A DNA stretch of 64,000 nucleotides from a virus (IMGVR_UViG_2706795377_000001:52360-116359), one strand, 5' to 3'. Counted from the stretch's first letter, positions 55,248 through 64,000 are shown. A program made the numbers and translations. The notes: a model not told the origin generated them from the letters alone.

Positions 55248-56668
55248 TATTGAAGAGTGAGATTCTTCTTCTCAGCCCACTTCTCAACAAACTCCTTCTC
55301 AGGGTTGGTCGGTATACGGTTCCCCTTGCCTCGAATCTGTTTAATCTGGTTGCCCCGTATCTCAATCGTTACAACAGGTGTCTCCACATTTCTTGTTTCT
55401 CTCAAGAAGAGAATCTTACACAACCCTTTGGCAACATCCTTTACGTATGAAGCTACGCAATGACTAAGTGACTCCCCTTCTTTGATGAGGTCATTTGACT
55501 CGCTAGGAGCTATGATGGAATACTCTTTTGACTTAAAAGCTAACCCCTTGTAATCATCACTGATAACCTGCTCTCCAAACTGACGTTCAAGGATTTTATC
55601 TGCATTGATTTTGTAGTTCATATTTGCGATATCATGAACCTTCTTCAACGATTTAGGGTACTTCTCAGGTTCGTAACCCAATTCCTTCATCATTCTTATG
55701 TAGTCTTTCAAATACATCAGCCCATCATTTGGATTGTCAATGCCTTGTTGTAGCTTTACTTCACGACTTACGTATGTCGTAAGCTTCTCTACATTTTTGT
55801 AACTATATTTATCGTACAATTCAAGGAATAAATAAGAGAAGTTGGCTATATTAAAGTTATACAGTTCAGTCTCTTGTTCCAGAATGCCAATCACTGTCTT
55901 GAAGTTATGACCACCTAATGAATTGTATAGATTGGTCAATCCTTCCATAGCATACTTTGAAATATCATCCATCTTCCTCATGACCACAAGAACTTGCTTT
56001 CGAACTTGGAAGAAATCCAACAGATTTGTTGCGTTGGTATTATACCAATTGCTATCATTCACCACCCTTCTTAGATGTTCATATCTATTAAACCCACCAT
56101 AGTATAACAATTCAAGATAAGGATGTTTCATAAGTCTAACAAGACTTTTGCCCATTGTGCAAGTACGTTCTTCCCAATCTAGTCTTGACAATCTATTGTA
56201 TGCGAACTCAAACAAAGTTTTATTTTCTTCTGTTGAAATCAAGCTGATATAAATCTTATTGTCAAAAAAGGCGTTAATTCTGCGCTCATCTGCACGATAT
56301 TCTTCAACCTTTTCACCATTAGTATTAATGATAGTATTAATGATGACTTTTTCCTTTTGGCGCAAATCGTATTTAAATTCTTGTTTGCTAGCCATTTTAA
56401 TCGTAATTGTATTATCCTTATGGAATACAATTCGATATTTATCTTTGGCTACATGAAAATGTTTCAAACCCTTGTCTATAACATAAATTCCATTATCGAA
56501 AACTTTTGTCTTGTATTTTCTGTCAAGAAAAAGAATATCTTCATTGCCACAAGTTGGACAACAAAACTCGCCACTCACCTTAGTAATGACATGATATCCG
56601 CATGTACAAAAATATTCGATGTTTTTACGAAAGCCTCCATATGTTATTATCTTTACTGTTTTCTTCAA
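55241..56668 (-). CDS. Hypothetical protein with N-terminal zinc ribbon (475 aa)
   Basis: CTCGYHV...CCPTCG near the N-terminus. No other recognisable motif. Confidence 0.4.
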   Translation of the reverse strand: MKKTVKIITYGGFRKNIEYFCTCGYHVITKVSGEFCCPTCGNEDILFLDRKYKTKVFDNGIYVIDKGLKHFHVAKDKYRIVFHKDNTITIKMASKQEFKYDLRQKEKVIINTIINTNGEKVEEYRADERRINAFFDNKIYISLISTEENKTLFEFAYNRLSRLDWEERTCTMGKSLVRLMKHPYLELLYYGGFNRYEHLRRVVNDSNWYNTNATNLLDFFQVRKQVLVVMRKMDDISKYAMEGLTNLYNSLGGHNFKTVIGILEQETELYNFNIANFSYLFLELYDKYSYKNVEKLTTYVSREVKLQQGIDNPNDGLMYLKDYIRMMKELGYEPEKYPKSLKKVHDIANMNYKINADKILERQFGEQVISDDYKGLAFKSKEYSIIAPSESNDLIKEGESLSHCVASYVKDVAKGLCKILFLRETRNVETPVVTIEIRGNQIKQIRGKGNRIPTNPEKEFVEKWAEKKNLTLQYY

Positions 56669-56674
56669 AGGTTA

Positions 56675-56875
56675 TCACTCCTTGCAATCCATCAAAGATA
56701 AGTATGTTGTTGGTTTTGGACATGGTTCAGCAGGTCTGCCATCAATCTTCTTGTATCCAAGCTTGCAAGCTCCATTTTGATTTAACGCCTTGCACTTATA
56801 ACAACTTCCATGAATGTACCCAACTTGGCATTTCTCACAAGCCATTGCTGTTATCCCCTTTGTTCGCATATTCAT
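56675..56875 (-). CDS. Cys-rich small protein
   Basis: 66 aa with 8 Cys. Confidence 0.3.
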   Translation of the reverse strand: MNMRTKGITAMACEKCQVGYIHGSCYKCKALNQNGACKLGYKKIDGRPAEPCPKPTTYLSLMDCKE

Positions 56876-57064
56876 TCAATAATCTGCAAGCAATTCGAGC
56901 AATTGGCTTAATGAAGAAAACAGCAACAACCTTCTTCTTTCCTTCATTAGTTGTTTCAATTAAGCTCCAAGCGCCTTCCTTTTCCTCAACGCTATAACGC
57001 ATTTCAAACCCTCCAAATGTATAAAATGCGAGGTATAGCCAAGTTGACCATACCTCATTCTTAC

Positions 57065-57568
57065 TTACATCTTGGCAAGTACTTTATTAGCTTCTTTACT
57101 AATTGCCTTCAACAAACACACTTGGTAGCCAATTTGTTTGTCGTATACATCCCCACTATCAACATTACACTTCGCTACAATCTTACGTTCTGGACTCCAA
57201 GAAATGAATCGCCCATAAGAATCAAGATGTGCAGTTCGATAAAACATGATAGTCGCTGGCTCATTGTAGATGATGCGGTCAACAAAAATATCCATTTTTT
57301 CTGTTTCTTGAATTAGTCGTGTTTCACTTGTTACTTTCTTGACAGATGGTTCAAACATTTCATCAGTCCAAAAACATTCATTCCCTTCAATTATATAGCC
57401 ATAATCATATGCATTTAAAATCGTAACTTCCATACCTTCAAATTGACACATATCAAAAATAAACATTTGTTTCTTTCTACTATTTTCCATAGCGTAGGAC
57501 TCGTAGAGAACCAAACCCTTACGAACAATCACTTTGTCACCAACTTTAAATTTTGTTTCCATATTCAA
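57065..57568 (-). CDS. Hypothetical protein
   Basis: 167 aa ORF. Confidence 0.4.
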   Translation of the reverse strand: MNMETKFKVGDKVIVRKGLVLYESYAMENSRKKQMFIFDMCQFEGMEVTILNAYDYGYIIEGNECFWTDEMFEPSVKKVTSETRLIQETEKMDIFVDRIIYNEPATIMFYRTAHLDSYGRFISWSPERKIVAKCNVDSGDVYDKQIGYQVCLLKAISKEANKVLAKM

Positions 57569-58051
57569 TCGCTTCCTCTCTAGTGTGTGTGTGTAGTCTC
57601 TATTTGAATGGTAGTGCAGTTTGTCTTATGCGAATCCCAAGTCTACCAATATAAATATCAACATAGCCCTCTCTTAACTGAATCCCCCAATGAGGAAACC
57701 TATGAAACCATTTGATGGACAATGGACTATACCATTTCGTTCCGAATAAGCGAGTTAGATGTTCTTCCTTTTGATAGAGCCACTTGAACATAGCTTCACC
57801 TCATATTAAATTGAATCGGTATTTTATTGAGAATTATCACATGAATTCTCTTGTATTTTGTATGTGCTTCAAACCAAATTTTGCATTTTAACCGAAATAT
57901 CCACCATTAGGCTTTTTTCGTAGTGATGCGATAAATAATACGACAATGAAAAGTGTAGGGAAAGCAATAAAACCAACCAATACCCCTATCCAAAACATGA
58001 TATATTACACCACTCTCAATAGAAGATTTGTTTAATTTGGATTCACAGCAT

Positions 58052-58270
58052 TTAGACAATTCGGAAATACTTATGAAAGCATTCATCATTTTCCCAATCT
58101 TTATTCTTTCTTTCAGCAATTATGCGACTAACACCTTGCTCGTCTTGCACTACTAACTTTGTACCATCAATTTCAAATGCTGAATATCTAGCATTTTCGA
58201 TAAAATATACTACTCCATCCACTTCTACCTGTTTAATGCAACGAATATCCATTTTATCCCTACTTCCCAC
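58052..58270 (-). CDS. Hypothetical protein
   Basis: 72 aa ORF. Confidence 0.3.
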   Translation of the reverse strand: MGSRDKMDIRCIKQVEVDGVVYFIENARYSAFEIDGTKLVVQDEQGVSRIIAERKNKDWENDECFHKYFRIV

Positions 58271-58463
58271 TCCACATATCTAATGCAGATTTCTTTATAT
58301 AGTATTTTTCTCCACCATATAGATAGACACTTGCTAATACTTCACCGTTTTCATCTCTCCAAACAACACTATCTGCAACAGTTACTACATGTGAATGAAA
58401 TCCAGAAATATTGTCATAAGCCCAATTTAAAAACATACTATGAATATCTTTAGCTACTTCCAC
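58260..58463 (-). CDS. Hypothetical protein
   Basis: 67 aa ORF. An AT-rich perfect palindrome lies upstream. Confidence 0.3.
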   Translation of the reverse strand: MEVAKDIHSMFLNWAYDNISGFHSHVVTVADSVVWRDENGEVLASVYLYGGEKYYIKKSALDMWSGK

Positions 58464-58501
58464 ACTCTCATCCCTTCTACAAAAAACAAAATATAATCCA
58501 T

Positions 58502-58549
58502 TTTAAATGTAAAAATACATGTATTTATATATGCATTTTTACATTTAAA
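58502..58549. repeat. Perfect AT-rich inverted repeat (15-bp arms, 18-bp spacer)
   Basis: TTTAAATGTAAAAAT-acatgtatttatatatgc-ATTTTTACATTTAAA. Lies in the intergenic/promoter region upstream of the gene at 58260-58463. Confidence 0.55.
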
Positions 58550-58777
58550 TATATTTGCACTTACACATGTATTGTCAACCTGAAATATTTCCATCAGTTG
58601 TGGGCAATACAACAAAATTCATTAACAATGATTACTTACTCGCTTTGCTTCATATCCTGCAAACCACGATTCAATTTCTTCTTTGATTGATTGTTCGACC
58701 TCTTTTTTCATGTTATATACCTCTTTATGGTTTATTGTTTAAACTAGTTGAATAGAAAAGCGTCATCTTTTAGAATT

Positions 58778-59059
58778 TCATTCAGATTGTTCAATCTCAA
58801 AAGCATCTAAAATGCTAGGCAATTGATTGAATGAACTACTTGTTGTTTCACCTGTCTCAATATTCCTTACAGCAATGTAGGTTGCATATGACCCTCTGTT
58901 CCTGCCAGCATATTTGACAGGAACAGACATTTCAATTTTACTTCCTACTTTAAGATTCTCGAACATCTTAGCTTTAGTCTTACGATTGATTTTCGTAATT
59001 TTAAGGATGTTACTACGCAACACAATGGAATCTTTATTTTCCATATTCATCAATCCCAT
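58778..59059 (-). CDS. Hypothetical protein
   Basis: 93 aa ORF. Confidence 0.35.
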   Translation of the reverse strand: MGLMNMENKDSIVLRSNILKITKINRKTKAKMFENLKVGSKIEMSVPVKYAGRNRGSYATYIAVRNIETGETTSSSFNQLPSILDAFEIEQSE

Positions 59060-61080
59060 CTGTCGATTTTGATAATTCGTGTGGAGTTATTTGCAGTTAC
59101 TTTTACAACCAAGTTCCATTCGCTGTCTCTGGAATAGCCCACACCGCAAGCTGTCGCTTGTTCAACGCCCTCAATTGGAGTGTTCGCTGTGTACGCTTCC
59201 AGAGTCTTGCGAATCTCACGAAGTTCTGGCTTCAGAGTTTCAACAAAGAATCCTCGACCTTTTCCTTCTGATTTATCTTTGGCTCCTTCAAGCAGGAAGA
59301 AGATGTGATGCCCTACATGAGTAGATTTTTCTTCACCCCACAGATTAGGAGAGTTTGTAATACCTTTTACCTTCACAAAGTTGTTCACTGGAATCGCCCA
59401 AGCATCATCAGATGTATAGCTTGTGCTAGTGATATTTGGTGCTTGACCTTTGATGTAATCGAATGTGAATACGACAACCTTCTGTTTGTCTCGCAAAGCA
59501 TCACTGAATGTATAGATTTTTCCTGCAACTTCCAGTTCAACCTTGAATGGTGTAATGTCATTTCCTCGTTCAGCAAAGTTGTGAACAAAGAACTGATAGC
59601 GTCCTTGTCGTGCTTGACCATTAGCCCAACGAATGTTTTCTACAGGATACATGGTTGTTCCACTTCCAGCATTCGCATCAACGTCAAGCCATCCTCCGCA
59701 ACGACTACGCTTATGTGTGTAATCAATGCTTTCTCCACTTGGAGCAATTGCATGAAGGTCAAGGTCAGTGTAGCTTTCCCAAATCAGAGAGCAACGAATT
59801 TCGTTATTCTCATATTGTCCTCCTGCATCCTCAACTCTACGCTTAATTTCTCCATCAATCCCACCATGATAGTACCAAGAGAAAGTGTTGTCCCATTGCA
59901 GAATGTTAGGAGCATCTTCATCAGAAGCAGTGACTAATGCCATTAGTCGATTAGGATTATCAACCATTACCTCAATGCTTTCTGCTGTTGGCAGTACAGT
60001 TCGGGAGAACTTGTCCCAAGTCATTACTGTAGTAGGTAGATTCATGATGTTGCTATGAACAGTTTGCTTTTCTTTAGGCGTAATGTTGCCAAACACTCCA
60101 CCAGACTTCTTTACTTCCTCCTTGACAGTCTTTTTGCCCTGCCAGATGAATTGAGGAATTTCTTCATATGTCGCATATCTACGCTTCAAGGATTCAGAAA
60201 ACCCAAGCTTCTCAACAATTTTTTCAGCTTGTTGAATATTGCCTTGCGTTGGTGCAGATTGCGCTCTCATGTAGTTGGATGGATTCATTTTCTCTGCAAA
60301 TCTACGCGAGATTACATCAATAGAATATCCACTCACGATATCATCAAGTAATGTACCAATCATGCTACTCTTGATATGGCAAAAGCCAGATGGTGCAGTG
60401 GCTACAGCCAACCAAGTGATATTATCTCGCTTTCTACTATTTTTGGCATTTATACGTTTGTTGTGTAGTTCCTGAACAAATTTGGCAACACCAAGCACTC
60501 TGTCAGAGCGATAAAGTGTTTCAGATTCCAGAAGTGTTACAGCTTGATTTACAGCTTCAAGTGGATACTCTATAAGTCCAGAAACCAGAATCCGAAAATC
60601 TTCTTTCTTTTCTGCCATTTCCTGTCCAGCAGTTTTCAGCATGGAACGATGAACTTTTTCTGTTGGGAGTGTTACTGACATATGTTCCCACCCACCAAAA
60701 GTAGGTGTACCAAGAACTCTTTCACTCGAAACAAATACTCCTTTTACTCTCGAAGCAAGCACAATTTTCTTCATTGCTTTAACAGCTTTAAGGAAGAATT
60801 TTGGAGTTTCTTCTTCGTCCCACAAAACTGAACTTAATTCGCCATTCTCGAAAATCGAAACTAGACCACCAAAACGCTCTACAAAATTTTTGCAACATCT
60901 GCAAGTATAGTGTTGTCGTGCATTTTCTGGCAAATTTTCAAGGAAGATTTCGAACAGATTTTCTGCATCTGTTGTGAAGAGAGGTTTATCATTAAAGCTT
61001 GCAAATCTTTCCTTGATTGCTTCGCTAAATTGTGGATAGTTATCGTTATGGCTGTCAATTGTTGTGTAGATGTTTGTCAT
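59050..61080 (-). CDS. Large hypothetical protein (676 aa)
   Basis: Long intact ORF. N-terminal CRCC motif. No confident domain assignment. Confidence 0.45.
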   Translation of the reverse strand: MTNIYTTIDSHNDNYPQFSEAIKERFASFNDKPLFTTDAENLFEIFLENLPENARQHYTCRCCKNFVERFGGLVSIFENGELSSVLWDEEETPKFFLKAVKAMKKIVLASRVKGVFVSSERVLGTPTFGGWEHMSVTLPTEKVHRSMLKTAGQEMAEKKEDFRILVSGLIEYPLEAVNQAVTLLESETLYRSDRVLGVAKFVQELHNKRINAKNSRKRDNITWLAVATAPSGFCHIKSSMIGTLLDDIVSGYSIDVISRRFAEKMNPSNYMRAQSAPTQGNIQQAEKIVEKLGFSESLKRRYATYEEIPQFIWQGKKTVKEEVKKSGGVFGNITPKEKQTVHSNIMNLPTTVMTWDKFSRTVLPTAESIEVMVDNPNRLMALVTASDEDAPNILQWDNTFSWYYHGGIDGEIKRRVEDAGGQYENNEIRCSLIWESYTDLDLHAIAPSGESIDYTHKRSRCGGWLDVDANAGSGTTMYPVENIRWANGQARQGRYQFFVHNFAERGNDITPFKVELEVAGKIYTFSDALRDKQKVVVFTFDYIKGQAPNITSTSYTSDDAWAIPVNNFVKVKGITNSPNLWGEEKSTHVGHHIFFLLEGAKDKSEGKGRGFFVETLKPELREIRKTLEAYTANTPIEGVEQATACGVGYSRDSEWNLVVKVTANNSTRIIKIDRWD

Positions 61081-61245
61081 TAGAAATACACTCTCCTTTT
61101 AATGTTTGCATATTCTCAAAGTGTTACATAATTTCCTTGTAGCCCTTTCTCTGCCATCTAAATCAATATGTGTAGGGAACAATTTTTGCACGTTGCCAAA
61201 CTGGTGAATGGTTTAAATCTGACTTGACACTCTTACTAATTGGAA

Positions 61246-61467
61246 CTACTTTTTGGTTGTAGGCAAGCATTCTAAGCACTCCTTCATAGAAGAGAAAGTA
61301 AAGGAAAGAAATGATATCGCCAAGCAGATTAATAACCATATGATACTTGAATTAGGAAGTATATAATTATTAAATGCTACCTCATAAGCATAGTAAATGC
61401 TATGTCCTGAAAGGATTAAAGTTAACAGACTATAAATGATATTAAAATAAAATTTCCCCACAAACAA
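61246..61467 (-). CDS. Small membrane protein
   Basis: 73 aa with two TM helices. Confidence 0.3.
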   Translation of the reverse strand: MFVGKFYFNIIYSLLTLILSGHSIYYAYEVAFNNYILPNSSIIWLLICLAISFLSFTFSSMKECLECLPTTKK

Positions 61468-61476
61468 AACCTCCTA

Positions 61477-61761
61477 TCATCTAATAAATTCAGCTAATTT
61501 AGCTTGGAGTTTTTTATTCATTTCCATTTCATCGAATGCTTTATCGCGATTACGTTCAATTTCAATAGCCTTCTGAGTTTCTTCATCAATCACCTGTTGA
61601 AGCTGATTATTGATATCTTCCAATTCATCATGGGTCTTCTTAAATGATTCTAACAAACCAACTGCTTGCTCACTTAATACTTGTACTTTCATGTCATTTG
61701 TCATTTTTGAAAGCTTTGCCCTTTTTGCCAACCCTTTTATACGCTTCAACAATTCAACCAT
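61477..61761 (-). CDS. Coiled-coil hypothetical protein
   Basis: 94 aa ORF. Confidence 0.35.
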   Translation of the reverse strand: MVELLKRIKGLAKRAKLSKMTNDMKVQVLSEQAVGLLESFKKTHDELEDINNQLQQVIDEETQKAIEIERNRDKAFDEMEMNKKLQAKLAEFIR

Positions 61762-61765
61762 CTCC

Positions 61766-62104
61766 CTATTTTTGTTGGATTTTTTTTATAATACCAAGAT
61801 GTTTAAATTCTGCTTTGATGATGTTCGCTTTATGCGTCACTGTGTCATCATAGTGCTTTTTTACTTTGTCGCTAATCTTATGGTATGGCGTTTCTGTGTC
61901 TCGCCATACTGTCAGTACAAGACCTGTTTTGCTAATCAAAAGATTAATGTCTTGGTAGCGTATAATGTAATCACCAGATGCATAGATATGTGACATCTTA
62001 CCCATTGAGATTGCTCTATAGATTTTGTATGTAGTACGTCTAATACCTTCTTTTTTATTGCAAATCTGATTCCATTGTCCAATTGCTACGCCACTAATTT
62101 TCAT
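61766..62104 (-). CDS. Hypothetical protein
   Basis: 112 aa. RBS GGAGGA. Preceded by a 5' hairpin and the conserved element. Confidence 0.35.
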   Translation of the reverse strand: MKISGVAIGQWNQICNKKEGIRRTTYKIYRAISMGKMSHIYASGDYIIRYQDINLLISKTGLVLTVWRDTETPYHKISDKVKKHYDDTVTHKANIIKAEFKHLGIIKKIQQK

Positions 62105-62150
62105 GTTTTTATTCCTCCACTTCGTACTGTAGGAGAGGGAAAGTCCCCTA

Positions 62151-62171
62151 CAGTACTTTATTTGGCTTTAT
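62151..62171 (-). repeat. Conserved element copy 15
   Basis: Plus-strand CAGTACTTTATTTGGCTTTAT. It overlaps a 10-bp-stem hairpin (62124-62156) that precedes RBS GGAGGA. Confidence 0.6.
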
Positions 62172-63250
62172 ATAAGGATTTGGTTGCAGATAGCTACACC
62201 TTTTTCAAACTGCTCGATTTCAGTGTACTTCTTGTAGTTGATAGAACCAACTTTCGATTTTAGTTCCACTTTCAATTGTTTCTTCTGGTCTTCGTTCATT
62301 TTGCCAATCAATGCATCTAATTGAGCAATATAATCATCAGGAGTCTTCTCAGGATTACCAGCCTCTTCTTGAACATAGTCCTGAGCCTTTTCTTCACGTT
62401 CCTGTTCTTGCGTTTGCTTTGCGGTATCTACAGCTTTCTCATCGCCATCGTAGGCTTCCAAAACGGCTTTTTCAAACGTTTCCAAGAACAAATCAACATC
62501 ATACTCGATTTTGTTCGGAACATTCTCAAATCGGCTTCCTGCTTCGATATCGCCATCACTACGGAAATGAATATAACGATTCTCGTTTACCAAACCATTA
62601 ACCACTTCCTTGTCGATAGAAATGTAGATGATAAAGTCGGACATGTTGACGAACAAATTCCGCGCACGTTCTGGAAGAGTCACAGTTGTCTTGTCGTAGG
62701 ATTGACCATTTTTCAGTTCAATTTTTTTCTCTTTATCATGTGTAATCATAAATAGACCGTACCCTGCATTCACCAGACGTTTAATTTGCTTATCGACTTC
62801 TTCTTCTACCATTACGTGACCTTGACCCCAAGGCACATCATTAATAGCTTTAATCTTTGCGTCCTTACGTGCAATACGTTCACGTTTGATGATATATTCT
62901 GTAGCATATTTGTACATGTAGTCCAGAGTATCAAATGCAATAAATTTGTAAGAGACTTTCCCACGATTTTCAACCAACTGACCTACAACCTCTTGGAACT
63001 GTTCCCAAGCACCGCGCTTTTCTTCGGGATTTTCACTTGGTACTGCAACAGCATGAATACCACGCAACGCCTTAAACCCTTTTTCAAAGCCAATTAGTAA
63101 CGCCTTATCCAGCCCACCAATGTAATCTGTTTGTGCAAGTTTGTAGAACAATGTTGTTTTCCCTGCTTTGCCTACTCCGTAGACCAAAAAGATGTAGTCG
63201 AACAGGATTGCTCTTGGTTGGTTAGGCTGGATATTAAGTACGTTAATCAT
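62168..63250 (-). CDS. AAA-family ATPase (RecA-fold, Sak4/AAA_24-like)
   Basis: Walker A VYGVGKAGKTTLFYKL. ORF-track start is GTG 63256. The ATG at 63250 is preferred. Confidence 0.55.
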   Translation of the reverse strand: MINVLNIQPNQPRAILFDYIFLVYGVGKAGKTTLFYKLAQTDYIGGLDKALLIGFEKGFKALRGIHAVAVPSENPEEKRGAWEQFQEVVGQLVENRGKVSYKFIAFDTLDYMYKYATEYIIKRERIARKDAKIKAINDVPWGQGHVMVEEEVDKQIKRLVNAGYGLFMITHDKEKKIELKNGQSYDKTTVTLPERARNLFVNMSDFIIYISIDKEVVNGLVNENRYIHFRSDGDIEAGSRFENVPNKIEYDVDLFLETFEKAVLEAYDGDEKAVDTAKQTQEQEREEKAQDYVQEEAGNPEKTPDDYIAQLDALIGKMNEDQKKQLKVELKSKVGSINYKKYTEIEQFEKGVAICNQILI

Positions 63251-63330
63251 TTTCACATTACCCCTTTGGTTTCAATTTTTAATTGAAGTACCAGAGGGGA
63301 AAGCAAGACATCCTTATCTCCCTTCCCCTC

Positions 63331-63352
63331 AAAGTACTTTATTTGGCTTTAG
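63331..63352 (-). repeat. Conserved element copy 16
   Basis: Plus-strand AAAGTACTTTATTTGGCTTTAG. On the minus strand it is followed by a hairpin (63295-63330, stem GAGGGGAAG/CTTCCCCTC) and then the RBS of the AAA ATPase gene. Confidence 0.6.
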
Positions 63353-63369
63353 ATTATAGCCTAATAAAA

Positions 63370-64000
63370 TTACTCGAAAGGAAGGTCATCAATTTCTTCT
63401 TCATTACTAGGAAGTTCATCATTATCATCGTTGAAATCGTCGCCTGTGTCCTCATCATCTACGTTGCCATTGAAGTTGTCCTCATCTTCACTTTCAAGGT
63501 CGCCCTCATTATATTTTTTAGGCTCGTAGGTTGAGGAATCCACACTGGTAATCCGAAGCTCTTGGAGATAGTCACGAATGTAGTTGTTTTCGAAATCTTT
63601 TTTGATTTCGTCATCTCCACCCCAATCATCCTCATCTACAGTCGTATCTTCTGTGTTTTCAGTGAGGATTACAGAGTTGATGATGTGACCAAAAACTTTA
63701 ATGAAGTCTCCATAAGAAAAGCGATTTGCCATGTTATTTGCAAGTTTCGGATAATCGTTTGCATTTACCACAAACGTTGCATTTGCAGTTTCACCGCCAT
63801 ACTTGATTACCTTCGCGCTCACAATAAGCGTGTTTTTCTCTTCGTCTTTCATCGTGTCTGTAACAACTATTTCCTGCTCGAATTTCGATTCTTCTTTGAA
63901 ATCAGGAGAGTCGAAGTCAAGTGCTTCATCAAGCTTTGTGATGGAATTGAAATTGAACTTCTGTGTTTCTTTTTTCTTGCCTTGTTTGTCTTCATATTCT
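63370..64000 (-). CDS. Acidic protein with SSB-like C-terminal tail (...DDLPFE); possible single-strand DNA-binding protein. N-terminus lies outside the window
   Basis: Frame is open beyond position 64000. The C-terminal ~60 aa are highly acidic and end in DDLPFE, resembling the SSB protein-interaction tail. The OB-fold is not clearly recognisable in the visible part. Confidence 0.35.
   Translation of the reverse strand, partial: EYEDKQGKKKETQKFNFNSITKLDEALDFDSPDFKEESKFEQEIVVTDTMKDEEKNTLIVSAKVIKYGGETANATFVVNANDYPKLANNMANRFSYGDFIKVFGHIINSVILTENTEDTTVDEDDWGGDDEIKKDFENNYIRDYLQELRITSVDSSTYEPKKYNEGDLESEDEDNFNGNVDDEDTGDDFNDDNDELPSNEEEIDDLPFE

Noticed and set aside
56833-57003. 57-aa ORF (MRYSVEEKEGAWSLIETTNEG...) with TGGAGGG RBS overlapping the Cys-rich gene start
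   Set aside because: It overlaps a neighbouring ORF. Which of the two is real cannot be decided from sequence alone.
57584-57595. (TG)6 dinucleotide microsatellite
   Set aside because: Too short to be meaningful. It lies in a short intergenic spacer and is probably incidental.
16631-63352. Could the dispersed conserved repeats be a CRISPR array?
   Set aside because: The copies are 0.05-15 kb apart and irregularly spaced. Each precedes an RBS, there are no uniform-length spacers, and no cas genes are present. This is not CRISPR.
1-64000. Integrase, attachment sites and a master repressor gene
   Set aside because: No tyrosine- or serine-recombinase-like ORF or obvious att core repeats were seen in this window. 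They presumably lie outside it.

Overview
This window looks like part of a temperate, SPbeta-like Bacillus phage or prophage. It is AT-rich (roughly 35% GC), genes are tightly packed, Gram-positive RBSs are common, and start codons often overlap the preceding stop.

Layout:
- 1 to 9.5 kb, + strand: a block of very large late structural genes, probably distal tail, baseplate or fibre proteins. Several carry galactose-binding-like (F5/8 type C) or SPRY-like segments and internal repeats.
- 9.6 to 12.6 kb, + strand: small proteins and a lysis cassette. It has an Amidase_2/PGRP-type endolysin flanked by small holin-like membrane proteins, and ends at a strong intrinsic terminator.
- 12.6 to 15.3 kb: an accessory island. 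It holds a secreted protein plus a 35-aa membrane peptide, a small membrane-protein gene on the - strand, a candidate ~185-nt sRNA with its own sigma-A-like promoter and terminator, and a lone + gene.
- 15.3 to 40.7 kb and 43.7 to 64 kb, - strand: two long leftward early/middle blocks. They encode a PHP-domain DnaE-like polymerase, RusA-like resolvase, RNase H, ATP-dependent ligase, dUTPase, ThyA, DHFR, thioredoxin, NrdI, NrdE, NrdF, a DHH (RecJ-like) phosphoesterase, DnaB-like helicase, Toprim primase, an HNH homing endonuclease, guanylate kinase, an HD hydrolase, an AAA ATPase and many small hypothetical proteins.
- 40.9 to 43.5 kb, + strand: between the two leftward blocks sits an RNPP-type (AimR/NprR-like) HTH-TPR regulator. 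Its stop overlaps the start of a 48-aa signal-peptide pro-peptide gene. Terminators and a structured leader follow, then a Spo0E-like phosphatase ORF and a secreted protein.

The leftward blocks are punctuated by at least 16 same-orientation copies of a conserved ~20-25 bp element (minus-strand reading 5'-AAAGCCAAATAAAGTACTTT-3'). Each copy lies immediately upstream of an RBS.

All functional calls are motif-level inferences from the translated sequence. No database search was possible.
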